Below the pieces are notes generated by a model that made no database searches, had not been told where the DNA came from, and saw only the letters and a list, made by a program, of their open reading frames with translations. From positions 1,175-65,174 of the forward strand of contig CAYPDM010000001.1 in assembly GCA_964409485.1 (NCBI GenBank): a stretch of 64,000 nt of DNA, given 5' to 3'. Shown here one piece after another: positions 10,800 to 19,457 of this stretch (its first letter is position 1; the number at the start of each line of letters is the position of its first letter). This DNA comes from an uncultured Dehalococcoidaceae bacterium (GTDB taxonomy: Bacteria > Chloroflexota > Dehalococcoidia > Dehalococcoidales > RBG-16-60-22). A program made the translations under genes and the position numbers.

Positions 10800-13562
10800 A
10801 TGGATAAAATTACTCTAACCATCAACGGGCAGGAAGTCAAAGCGACCAGAGGCATGACCGTGCTCGAAGCCGCGCAGTCGGCTGATATCTATATCCCCAC
10901 CCTCTGCCACTATCCCGACCTCGACCCGTACGGGGGCTGCCGACTCTGCATCGTAGAGATTGAAAAAATGCGAGGTCTGCCCACGTCCTGCACGACCCCC
11001 GCCACCGATGGGATGGTCGTCACTACGGAATCGGAGGCCATCAACGAAGTACGCCGCGCCTCTCTGGAGCTAATACTCTCCACCCACCCCTGCGACTGCC
11101 TGGAGTGCCACCGACGGGAGCGCTGCGGCCCGTACGATATCTGCCTGCGGCATGTCGCCGTGACCGACCGCTGTGTCGTCTGTCCATCCAATAACAACTG
11201 CGAATTGCAGAATGTGGTCGACTACATCGGCGTCCACGAGCTGCGCATCCCCCGGGATACCGAACCCCGGACTATTGATACCAGCAACCCGTTCTTCGAC
11301 CTCGACCGCAACCGCTGCATTCTCTGCGCCCGCTGCGTGCGCGCCTGCCAGGAGATAACCGGCGTCGGCGCTATCGATATGGCCCATCGCGGGTACAGTA
11401 TGAAAGTAGCCACCTTCGGCGATATGCCCCTGATGGAATCGATTTGCCGTTCCTGCGGCGAGTGCATGGTACGCTGTCCGGTGGGCGCTATCACACCCAA
11501 GGAAACCGCGAGACCGGAACGCGAGGTCAAGACCGTCTGCCCTTACTGCGGCGTCGGCTGCTCGATGTACCTGGGCGTCAAAGATAACGCCATTACCGGC
11601 GTCCGCGGTGACGAATACGGCCCGGCCAATCAGGGTCGACTCTGCGTGAAGGGCCGCTTCGGCATTGCCGAGTTCGTCAATCACCGCGAACGGCTGACCG
11701 CGCCCCTTATCAGGAAGAATGGCCGGCTGGTAGAAGCTTCCTGGGACGAGGCACTCGAACTGGTCGCCGGTAAGCTGAAAAATTACCGCGGCGACGAAGT
11801 GGCGGTAATATCCTCCGCCAAGAGCACCAACGAGGACAACTATGTCATGCAGAAGTTCGCCCGGGCGGTGCTGCGCACCAACAACATAGACCACTGCGCC
11901 CGCCTCTGACATGCCCCCACCGTGGCCGGTCTGGTCACAACCTTCGGAAGCGGGGCCTCGACCAATTCCCTGAAAGACCTCAACGACGCCGGGTGCATCA
12001 TAGCCATCGGCACCAACACCACCGAAGCCCACCCGATAATCGGTATGAATATCCGCAGGGCGGTCCGCAAAGGCACCAGACTAATCGTGGCCAATCCCCT
12101 GGAAATCCCTCTGGCGCGCGACGCCGATGTCTGGCTGCAACACCGCGCCGGCACGGACGTAGTCCTGCTGATGGGCATGATGAAAGTAATCGTAGATGAA
12201 GGCCTGATGGACACCACTTTCATCGAGGAAAGGTGTGAGAACTACGATTTCTTCAAGGACTCGCTCAATAATTACCCGCTGAACCTCGTAGAGAACATCA
12301 CCGGCGTGCCCGGCGAGAAAGTAGCCGGGGCCGCCCGCCTTTACGCCGGCAACAGCCCGGCATCCATCCTTTACACGATGGGCATCACCCAGCATACTCA
12401 CGGCACGGATAATGTTATCGCCGTCGCCAACCTGGCCATGCTTACCGGCAATATCGGCAAGCCCGGCGCCGGCGTCAACCCGCTGCGGGGACAAAATAAC
12501 GTACAGGGTGCCTGCGACGTCGGAGCCCTGCCCAATGTCTTCCCCGGCTACCAGGCCGTAGGCAACGAAATCCTCAAGGAGAAATTCGAGGCGGCCTGGG
12601 GCGTCAGTCTTAACCCGACGCCCGGCAAGACTCTTACCGAGATTATGCCGCTGGCCCACGAAGGCAAGGTCAAGGCAATGTACCTCATGGGCGAGAACCC
12701 TTCTTTAAGCGACCCGGATGCCAGCCATGTCCGGGAGGCGATGCAGCGGCTGGAATTCTTCGTGGTGCAGGATATCTTCCTCAATGAGACCGCCTTGCTG
12801 GCCGATGTCGTCCTGCCGGCCTGCAGTTTTGCGGAAAAGGACGGCACCTTCACCAACACCGAGCGCCGCGTCCAGCGGGTAAGGAAAGCCATCGAACCCG
12901 TGGGTGACAGCCGTCCCGACTGGTGGATTACCTGCCGGATTGCTCAAAGCATGGGAGGCGCCGGGTTCGACTTTACACATCCGTCGCAGATTATGGAGGA
13001 GATTGCCGAAGTCACACCGAGCTACGGCGGCATCACCTACGAGCGACTTGAAAAGGAAGGCCTGCAGTGGCCCTGCCCTACCGAAGACCACCCGGGGACG
13101 GCGATACTCCACACCGAACTCTTCTCGCGCGGCAGAGGGCATTTCGTCCCGCTTGAATACCGGCCGTCCGACGAACTGCCGGACGAGGAATACCCGCTGG
13201 TGCTTACCACCAACCGCAGCCTGTTCCACTTTCATACCGGCACAATGACCCGCAAGGTCAGGGGCCTCAATACCTTCATGGGCGAGGGGCTGGTGGCGAT
13301 AAATCCTAAAGACGCCGCAGACCTGGGCATTGAAGACGGCGAAATGGTGCGGGTGAGTTCACGCCGCGGCGAAGTAACCGCCAAAGCCAGCGTGACGGAG
13401 TCCGTGCCGCCCGGAACGGTCGCCATGACCTTCCATTTTGCGGAAACCCCCACCAACGAGCTGACCAACCCCGCCCTCGACCCCATATCCAAGATACCGG
13501 AGTATAAAGTAGCCGCGATAAGAGTAAAAAAAATAGGGCGGGCGGCGGTAAAGGCGGTCTGA
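10800..13562 (+). CDS. fdhA: selenocysteine-containing molybdopterin formate dehydrogenase alpha subunit with NuoG-like N-terminal Fe-S domains
   Basis: Track ORFs 10800..11909 and 11922..13562 share a frame (11922-10800=1122). The only interruption is TGA 11907-11909, inside ...[26 protein letters not shown], the classic FDH active-site context. The N-terminus has 2Fe-2S and 4Fe-4S Cys motifs. Confidence 0.85.
11922..11938 (+). promoter_or_regulatory. putative bacterial SECIS hairpin apex downstream of the fdhA UGA
   Basis: GTGGCC(11922-27) GGTCT(11928-32) GGTCAC(11933-38) forms a 6-bp stem (one G-U pair) with a GGUCU loop. It starts 13 nt after the UGA and lies on the A-G-L codons, the place where the E. 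coli fdhF SECIS apex (GCA GGU CUG) lies. Confidence 0.55.
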
Positions 13563-13568
13563 TAGAGA

Positions 13569-14489
13569 TTATCCCTCCTCCTGTAAGAGCCTCTGCGCCG
13601 TGATGGCGGCGATGGCGCCATCGCCGACCGCCGTGACGACCTGCCGCGGCGAGCCGCTCCTGATGTCCCCCGCCGCCATGATGTAAGGAGCTTCCGTCTG
13701 CATCCTCCCGTTGACGATTATCTGGCCGTGGTCGTCCAGCGGTATGATGCCGTCGAGGTAGTCCGTATTAGGCTCCAGGCCAATGTGTACCAGGACGCCG
13801 TCCACACTAAGAGTCTCTTTCTTGCCTTCAGCACCCTTTAGTTCTATCGCCTCTACCCTATCTTTGCCAGTAATAGCCTCGACGGTCATGCCGCAGCGTA
13901 CTTCTATTTTGGGGTCGGCGTTGAGCCTGTCGCAGAGCACCGCCGTGGCGGTGAGTTCCGGCATGGCTTCGATGATAATCACCTTCGAGGCGATTTTCGC
14001 CATGTAAAGGGCCTCGGTAACGCCGGCATCCCCTCCACCGCACACCGCCACCACCCGGTCGGCGTAATGACCGCCGTCGCAGAAGGCGCATTCAAAGACA
14101 CCCTTTCCCGCCAGTTCCGCCTCGCCGGGGACGCCAAGCTTTTTATTCTTAGAACCCCCGGTAAAAATCACGACATTGGTGGTATACCCCTGGCCGTTGG
14201 CGCACCCTACCCAGCGGGTGCCGGAGAAAAGCTCCAGGCCGGTGACATCCCCGGACTCCGTTTCCAGTCCGTACTTCTTAGCCTGTTCGACCATCTCCGC
14301 AGCTAACTTAGCGCCGGAAACACCTTCGGTAAAGCCGGGGTAGTTCTCGATAAGCTCAATATTGCGTATGTAACCGCCGACGGTCTCTTTTTCCAGCAGG
14401 AGCGTCCGCCGGTTGGCCCTGCTTAAGTAAAGTCCGGCCGTCAGCCCCGCCGGCCCACCCCCTGCGATGACGACATCCCAGTCAAACAT
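13569..14489 (-). CDS. trxB: thioredoxin reductase-like FAD/NAD(P)H disulfide oxidoreductase
   Basis: 306 aa. N-terminal VVIAGGGPAGLTAG dinucleotide motif, redox-active CAFCDG, and a second GGGDAG motif. Confidence 0.8.
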   Translation of the reverse strand: MFDWDVVIAGGGPAGLTAGLYLSRANRRTLLLEKETVGGYIRNIELIENYPGFTEGVSGAKLAAEMVEQAKKYGLETESGDVTGLELFSGTRWVGCANGQGYTTNVVIFTGGSKNKKLGVPGEAELAGKGVFECAFCDGGHYADRVVAVCGGGDAGVTEALYMAKIASKVIIIEAMPELTATAVLCDRLNADPKIEVRCGMTVEAITGKDRVEAIELKGAEGKKETLSVDGVLVHIGLEPNTDYLDGIIPLDDHGQIIVNGRMQTEAPYIMAAGDIRSGSPRQVVTAVGDGAIAAITAQRLLQEEG

Positions 14490-14532
14490 ACAAAATATCC
14501 CCTAAAAGTATCTTTATAGAGCCGGATTAAAA

Positions 14533-15435
14533 TCAGGGCAGCCCGGTGCCGGGAACCTCCACCTCAACCATCTCTATGCGACCGCTCATTCTGGCTCTGG
14601 CCTCATCGGGATAGCTCGTTCCCGCCGTCATAATAAACAGCGTGCGGCGTTCCGGGCCGCCGAGCATGCAGGCATAAGCCACGTCGGAAGTCTCTATGCG
14701 GTCCGTCACCTCGCCGCCCTCGCGCACGCGGAGGACCTGGCTGGCGGACGAGTCCGCGACCCATACGGCATTTTCAGCGTCGAGGCAAATCCCGTCGGGC
14801 ATTACATTCGCGGCAGTCCAGCTGGCGTGGTCGGCCGGCGAGATAATTCCGGCAGGATACGCCTCGCCGAGCTTTGCCCAGACCCGCCGTCCCGTGAGAG
14901 AGCCGTCGGCCTCGATATCGAAGGCCGTAAGACGGGAGCCCATTGATTCAGCGACTATCAGCGTGCGTCCGTCAGGGGTTATGACAGACCCGTTCGGGAA
15001 ATACATATCATCGGCAGCGACATTCGTCTCTCCGTCCGGCGTTACCATGATTATGCAGGCCGGCACAAAGGACTGCCCTTCAAATATATTGAAGCCAAAA
15101 TGTCCGATATATGCCCGCCCGGAATTATCCACTACCATGTCGTTGCAGTAGCCGGAGGCAAGCCCGCTCAAGTCAACCACTTCATTCAGTCCGCCGGCGT
15201 CTAGTCTCAACAGGCGCCGGTCGGTCATCGAGACCACCAGCAAACGCCCGTCGGGGAGCCACCCCAGCCCCGAAGGCATGCCCGGCACTTCTGCAATTGT
15301 GTCGGCCTTGCCATCGAGGTCGACGGTCATCACCCGATTTGTATGGAAATCAGAAAACCAGAGTTTACTATCGTGCCAGCGCGGGCCTTCCCCGAACGTT
15401 AACCCCTCCAGGAGCACTTTCGTCTTAAGCGTCAT
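14533..15435 (-). CDS. SMP-30/gluconolactonase/LRE-like beta-propeller protein
   Basis: ORF 14533..15522. I moved the start to ATG 15435 (MTLKTKVLLEGLTFGEGPRWHD...) to avoid overlap with the upstream gene. The EGPRW motif and repeated propeller-like blocks support the call. Confidence 0.6.
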   Translation of the reverse strand: MTLKTKVLLEGLTFGEGPRWHDSKLWFSDFHTNRVMTVDLDGKADTIAEVPGMPSGLGWLPDGRLLVVSMTDRRLLRLDAGGLNEVVDLSGLASGYCNDMVVDNSGRAYIGHFGFNIFEGQSFVPACIIMVTPDGETNVAADDMYFPNGSVITPDGRTLIVAESMGSRLTAFDIEADGSLTGRRVWAKLGEAYPAGIISPADHASWTAANVMPDGICLDAENAVWVADSSASQVLRVREGGEVTDRIETSDVAYACMLGGPERRTLFIMTAGTSYPDEARARMSGRIEMVEVEVPGTGLP

Positions 15436-15467
15436 GAAAATTCCCTCTTTCCGGCGGGGTGTCTTTA

Positions 15468-18287
15468 TTATTCCACTGTAATTTCCGCCAGCCTCTGGAG
15501 CACTTCTTCCATGGCGTCCCACTCCTCGCCGAACCCGGCCCAGTCGCCCAACTTGAGGTTTTCCCGGGCTTTCTCATAGTGCTGGCGCGCTTCCGCCACC
15601 AGTGAAGCAATTTCCGCATCTGCCGGTGTTTCCGGTTCTACCGGCTCCGGCGGTGCAGTCGGCTCCGTTGGTTCTGAAGGCACCGGCGGCCCGGGAACAG
15701 GTTCCGGCAGCGGCGCCTCCGCGCCGAAGACAGCCTCGATGCTTTTCATCAAGTTAGTCTCCATGGCTATCTTCTCCCCGACCGCCACGATGACGCGTTT
15801 CAGCTCGGGGAGTCCCCCGGCATCCGCCTGAAGGAAGACCGGCTCCACATACAGTATGGACTTGCCTAAAGGAATCAGTAGCAGGTTGCCCCGGAGAACC
15901 CGGGAGCCACCCCGCCCCCACAGGGCCAGCTGCTCGGTGATGACGGTATCCTGTCCAATTCGGTTCTCAATCTGGCTCGGACCATCCACCCACTCACCCT
16001 TAGGGAAATAATAGGCCAGCAGCTTGCCGTAGTTATCGCCGTCGCAGTGGGCCGCCAGCCAGCCGATGGTATTGTTCTTGTTAACCGGGGTATAGGGAAG
16101 CATGAGCAGAAACTCCTCCCGCTCCCCTTCGGGCAGGCGCATGATAACATAGTAAGGCTCCATGGCCTGTTCCTGTCCGGCGTAGACCTCCTTGGGCACC
16201 GTCCAGAGGTCTTCCTTGTTATAGAATACGCGGGCATCGCGCATATGATAGCTGCGGTACATGACCGATTGTATACTGAACATGTCCTCGGGATAACGCA
16301 CGTGGACGCGGAAAGCCTCCGGCATGCGGTCGGCGGAAACAAAGAGGTCGGGGAAAATGGCCTGGTAGGTGCGTATCAGGGCGTCATCCGGCTCCGTAAC
16401 ATAGAAGGTAACATCGCCGTTGTAGGCATCGATAACGGCTTTTACGCTATTACGGATATAGTTCAATCCGCCGCCGACCGGCTCGGAATATGGATAGCGG
16501 TCGGTGGTGGTATAGGCATCCTGAATCCAGAACAACCGGCCGTCGATAATGACCATGTAGGGGTCGCTGTCCAGCTCTAAAAACGGTGCCAGATGATGCA
16601 CCCTTACGCCAATGTTGCGATAGTACAGTACCCGGCTCTCCGGCGTCAGCTCGCTGCTTAATAGTATATTAAGGTCGCCGAACTGCCAGGCATAGACAAG
16701 TCGGCGGAAGAAACCGTTCAGGCTTACGTCGCCCTCACCCTCGTAACGCCCGTAGACATTTTCGTCCCCGCGGGGATAGTCGAACTCCTGCGTGTTCGTC
16801 TTTACGATAACATAGTCGTTCGTCTTCTCCCCAAAGTATATCTGGGGACGCTCTATCTCAAAGGCGCCGACGGGCGGTATGTCTTTCAAAAAGAGACTCG
16901 GCAGTCCCTGGGTGGTTATTTCGTTGACGGGACTTAACACGACGCCGTAGCCGTGGGTAAACTGGAGCTTGCGGTTGACCCAGGTCTGCGCCTCACCGGC
17001 CAGCTTCTCGGCGGAAAGCTCGCGGGCGGAAAGCATTACCTGGCGATAGTCGCCATCGATAACGTAGCGGTCGACATCAACATCATAGAAATCGTAGTAG
17101 AGACGGATAGACTGTATCTGGTTATAGGTGTCCTTCAACGGGCGGTGGTCCCAGAGCCTGATGTTATTAATCGTCGCCTTGTTATTGGCGATATCCTGTG
17201 CGGTCAGGGACGACTCGGCGGGAAAGGCCTGCTCTTCGATACGGTTCAGGGCGTAGGCCTCGCGGGTGAACTCGATATTATATTCGATATAAGGGCCCTC
17301 CCGGACAAGCTCGCTGGGCTGCACCTGAAAGCGCTGGATTATGGCAGGGTAGATTGCCCCCACGATGATAGCCATTAATATCCATCCGGCGATTCCGTAG
17401 AGAGGCCAGCGGAATTTGCGCTTGATTACGGAGGCAAGGATAATCCCCATGACAACAACAACTACCACCAGGAGTATCCACTGGGCGGGCAGCCTGGCAT
17501 GCACATCCGCGTAGCCGGGGCCAAAAACCGCGCCGTGCGCCGAGTAGACCATCTCCCAGATGCCGAGCCAGTAACCCCAGGCAAAAAGACCCAGTATAGC
17601 CATTACCAGCCCGCCGATGTGGCCCAGCACCGGACGGGAATAATCGAACTTTAACCGCTGCGCGGCAAAGTTAAAAAAGTAGGTGGCCATTACGGCCAGG
17701 AAAATAACAATCAATGCCCCCAGGAACCACCCCTTGATGAAGTTCATGTAGGGCAGGGAGAATACGTAGAAGCCGATTTCCTTATGGAAAACGGGGTCGG
17801 TGATGCCGAAGGGCTGCCAGTTAACGAATTTCAGAATAGTCTGCCAGTTCCCCTGCGCTACCATGCCGAATATCAGGGAGAGAACGGCCGTGCCGAGAAT
17901 AACGTTCCACCGGATGATGCGCTGGAGTCGACTTACAATAGCCCAGGGCCAGAAATGCGCCTCCTTCTGGGGGGTAAGCCGGGTAGCCAGCACCAGGTTC
18001 CCCATGAACAGGAGGCAGAAGATTATAGCAGCTAAAAAGAAGACCAGTAACCTTGTCTTGAGGATGGTGGAGTAGACGCTGCCGTAACCCAGGCTGCTGT
18101 ACCAGAGCCACTCCGTATAAAAATCCTTGGCTATGCCGGCTAGGATAAAGAGTATTATAACACCGGCCACGGCCATGATTACCCTGCCGGCTATTTTACC
18201 GCGCCGTGACGGAGGCTTATCTTCCCCGGGTTTATCCTCCGGGAACCATCGCTGCCAGTCTCTCGTAAATGAATCCAATCCAATCAC
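15468..18287 (-). CDS. UPF0182-family large integral membrane protein (function unknown)
   Basis: 939 aa. Multi-span N-terminal third, a large extracytoplasmic region, and a Pro/Glu-rich C-terminal tail. The overall organisation recalls the UPF0182/COG1615 family. Confidence 0.6.
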   Translation of the reverse strand: MIGLDSFTRDWQRWFPEDKPGEDKPPSRRGKIAGRVIMAVAGVIILFILAGIAKDFYTEWLWYSSLGYGSVYSTILKTRLLVFFLAAIIFCLLFMGNLVLATRLTPQKEAHFWPWAIVSRLQRIIRWNVILGTAVLSLIFGMVAQGNWQTILKFVNWQPFGITDPVFHKEIGFYVFSLPYMNFIKGWFLGALIVIFLAVMATYFFNFAAQRLKFDYSRPVLGHIGGLVMAILGLFAWGYWLGIWEMVYSAHGAVFGPGYADVHARLPAQWILLVVVVVVMGIILASVIKRKFRWPLYGIAGWILMAIIVGAIYPAIIQRFQVQPSELVREGPYIEYNIEFTREAYALNRIEEQAFPAESSLTAQDIANNKATINNIRLWDHRPLKDTYNQIQSIRLYYDFYDVDVDRYVIDGDYRQVMLSARELSAEKLAGEAQTWVNRKLQFTHGYGVVLSPVNEITTQGLPSLFLKDIPPVGAFEIERPQIYFGEKTNDYVIVKTNTQEFDYPRGDENVYGRYEGEGDVSLNGFFRRLVYAWQFGDLNILLSSELTPESRVLYYRNIGVRVHHLAPFLELDSDPYMVIIDGRLFWIQDAYTTTDRYPYSEPVGGGLNYIRNSVKAVIDAYNGDVTFYVTEPDDALIRTYQAIFPDLFVSADRMPEAFRVHVRYPEDMFSIQSVMYRSYHMRDARVFYNKEDLWTVPKEVYAGQEQAMEPYYVIMRLPEGEREEFLLMLPYTPVNKNNTIGWLAAHCDGDNYGKLLAYYFPKGEWVDGPSQIENRIGQDTVITEQLALWGRGGSRVLRGNLLLIPLGKSILYVEPVFLQADAGGLPELKRVIVAVGEKIAMETNLMKSIEAVFGAEAPLPEPVPGPPVPSEPTEPTAPPEPVEPETPADAEIASLVAEARQHYEKARENLKLGDWAGFGEEWDAMEEVLQRLAEITVE

Positions 18288-18411
18288 CCCCCTGCTTCTA
18301 TTATACCTGTCATTAACAGGATAACAGACACTTACACGACGGTCAATTTCTTGACAATGCCAAAACCGTCGTTGATAATTGGCAGGTAATTATCTTTTGC
18401 GACGAGGAGAT

Positions 18412-18774
18412 ATGATGAAAGTACAGAACTACCGTGAGGTGGCGGGGAACAAGGTCGTGCCGGGGGTCGTCATGCACGTGGTGGCCGGACCCGCCGAGGG
18501 CGCCCCGACCTTCGTGATGAGGGTTTTCGAGATAGAGCCGGGGAGCGCCACCCCCCACCATACCCACCCCTGGGAACACGAAGTCTTCGTGGTGGAGGGG
18601 CGGGGCACGCTGAAAAGCGGCGATACGGAAAAACCGCTGCAACAGGGCGACGCCGTCACGGTGCTACCCGGTGAACCGCACAGCTTCCTCAACTCCGGTA
18701 AAGACATGCTGCGCGTGATATGCGTGGTGCCGCTGGTGGACGGCAGGATGCCGGGGATGCTGGCAGGTGACTAG
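18412..18774 (+). CDS. cupin domain protein
   Basis: ORF 18379..18774; the likely start is ATG 18412 after GAGGAG. The cupin metal motif is HHTHPWEHEVFVVEG...GEPHSF. Confidence 0.7.
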   Translation: MMKVQNYREVAGNKVVPGVVMHVVAGPAEGAPTFVMRVFEIEPGSATPHHTHPWEHEVFVVEGRGTLKSGDTEKPLQQGDAVTVLPGEPHSFLNSGKDMLRVICVVPLVDGRMPGMLAGD

Positions 18775-18777
18775 ACT

Positions 18778-19338
18778 ATGTGTTCCGTAAATCCGGTATA
18801 TCGCCCCTTTTCTTCCTGGAAAACCGAAGAAATCGTCAAACATGCCTACGATGCCGCCGCTAAAGGCGACCTTGAGGCTTTTAGCTACTGCCTGGCAGAA
18901 CTATCGCCGAAGCACCGGAATATAGATTTAACATCATGGCTGAATATAACTGAGTTTGCATATAAGCTGGGACTGGAACCGATTGACTGGCTGGAAAGAG
19001 CGGCAGAAATTACCGGTCGGTTTACTCCACAAACGACCGGAAAGCATAATCTGTATATAATTTTACTTTATGAGCTAAAAGGGAAAAACCCCGGGTACGG
19101 TTTATACGTTGGGGAAACCTCAAAATCGCCGGTCGCCAGGTATAAAGAGCATGCTCAAAGAAAACGGAATAAAAAAGGCCCTCTGTTTTCCCGCATAGTA
19201 TTTAAACATCAGAAATGCTTATTGTCGACTCTGTATAATCACCTGAATCCGCTTTCCCGGGAAGAAGCTAAGGAACTCGAAGGGAAAATAGCCGAAGCGT
19301 TAAGATTGGGAGGAATTCCTGTCTACGGAGGGCACTAA
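18778..19338 (+). CDS. hypothetical protein with C-terminal GIY-YIG-like motif
   Basis: 186 aa. NLYIILLYELKGKNPGYGLYVGETSKSPVARYKEH resembles GIY-(10-11 aa)-YVG...R..EH. The start lies 3 nt after the cupin stop. Confidence 0.35.
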   Translation: MCSVNPVYRPFSSWKTEEIVKHAYDAAAKGDLEAFSYCLAELSPKHRNIDLTSWLNITEFAYKLGLEPIDWLERAAEITGRFTPQTTGKHNLYIILLYELKGKNPGYGLYVGETSKSPVARYKEHAQRKRNKKGPLFSRIVFKHQKCLLSTLYNHLNPLSREEAKELEGKIAEALRLGGIPVYGGH

Positions 19339-19457
19339 TCCCTTAACCACCGGGGTGTTCAAGAGGGGATGAGGTAGATAAAATATCCCTTTACTTGGCA
19401 ACACATGCCACGCCCTGATAAACTATTACCGTATCCAAGTATATTCAGGAGGCACAC

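Noticed and set aside
11922-13562. Stand-alone 546-aa ORF starting at GTG 11922
   Set aside because: It shares a frame with 10800-11909 and is separated from it only by one TGA and four sense codons within a conserved FDH active-site motif. I read it as one Sec-containing gene, not two genes.
372-13621. Many long antisense or out-of-frame ORFs in the acs/fdh region (for example 839-1492, 2073-3020, 4072-4908, 8984-9733, 11070-12032, 12705-13235)
   Set aside because: They overlap strongly supported genes on the other strand or frame. Their Arg/Ala/Gly/Pro-rich low-complexity translations are typical of spurious ORFs in GC-rich DNA.
15436-15522. N-terminal extension of the SMP-30-like ORF overlapping the UPF0182 gene end
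   Set aside because: An internal ATG at 15435 gives a typical family N-terminus and removes the 55-nt overlap.
19395-19410. Sigma-54-like TTGGCA...TGC upstream of AOR copy 1
   Set aside because: The GG-to-GC spacing is 10 nt, not the 12 nt of the TGGCAC-N5-TTGC consensus, and no enhancer-binding-protein gene is nearby.
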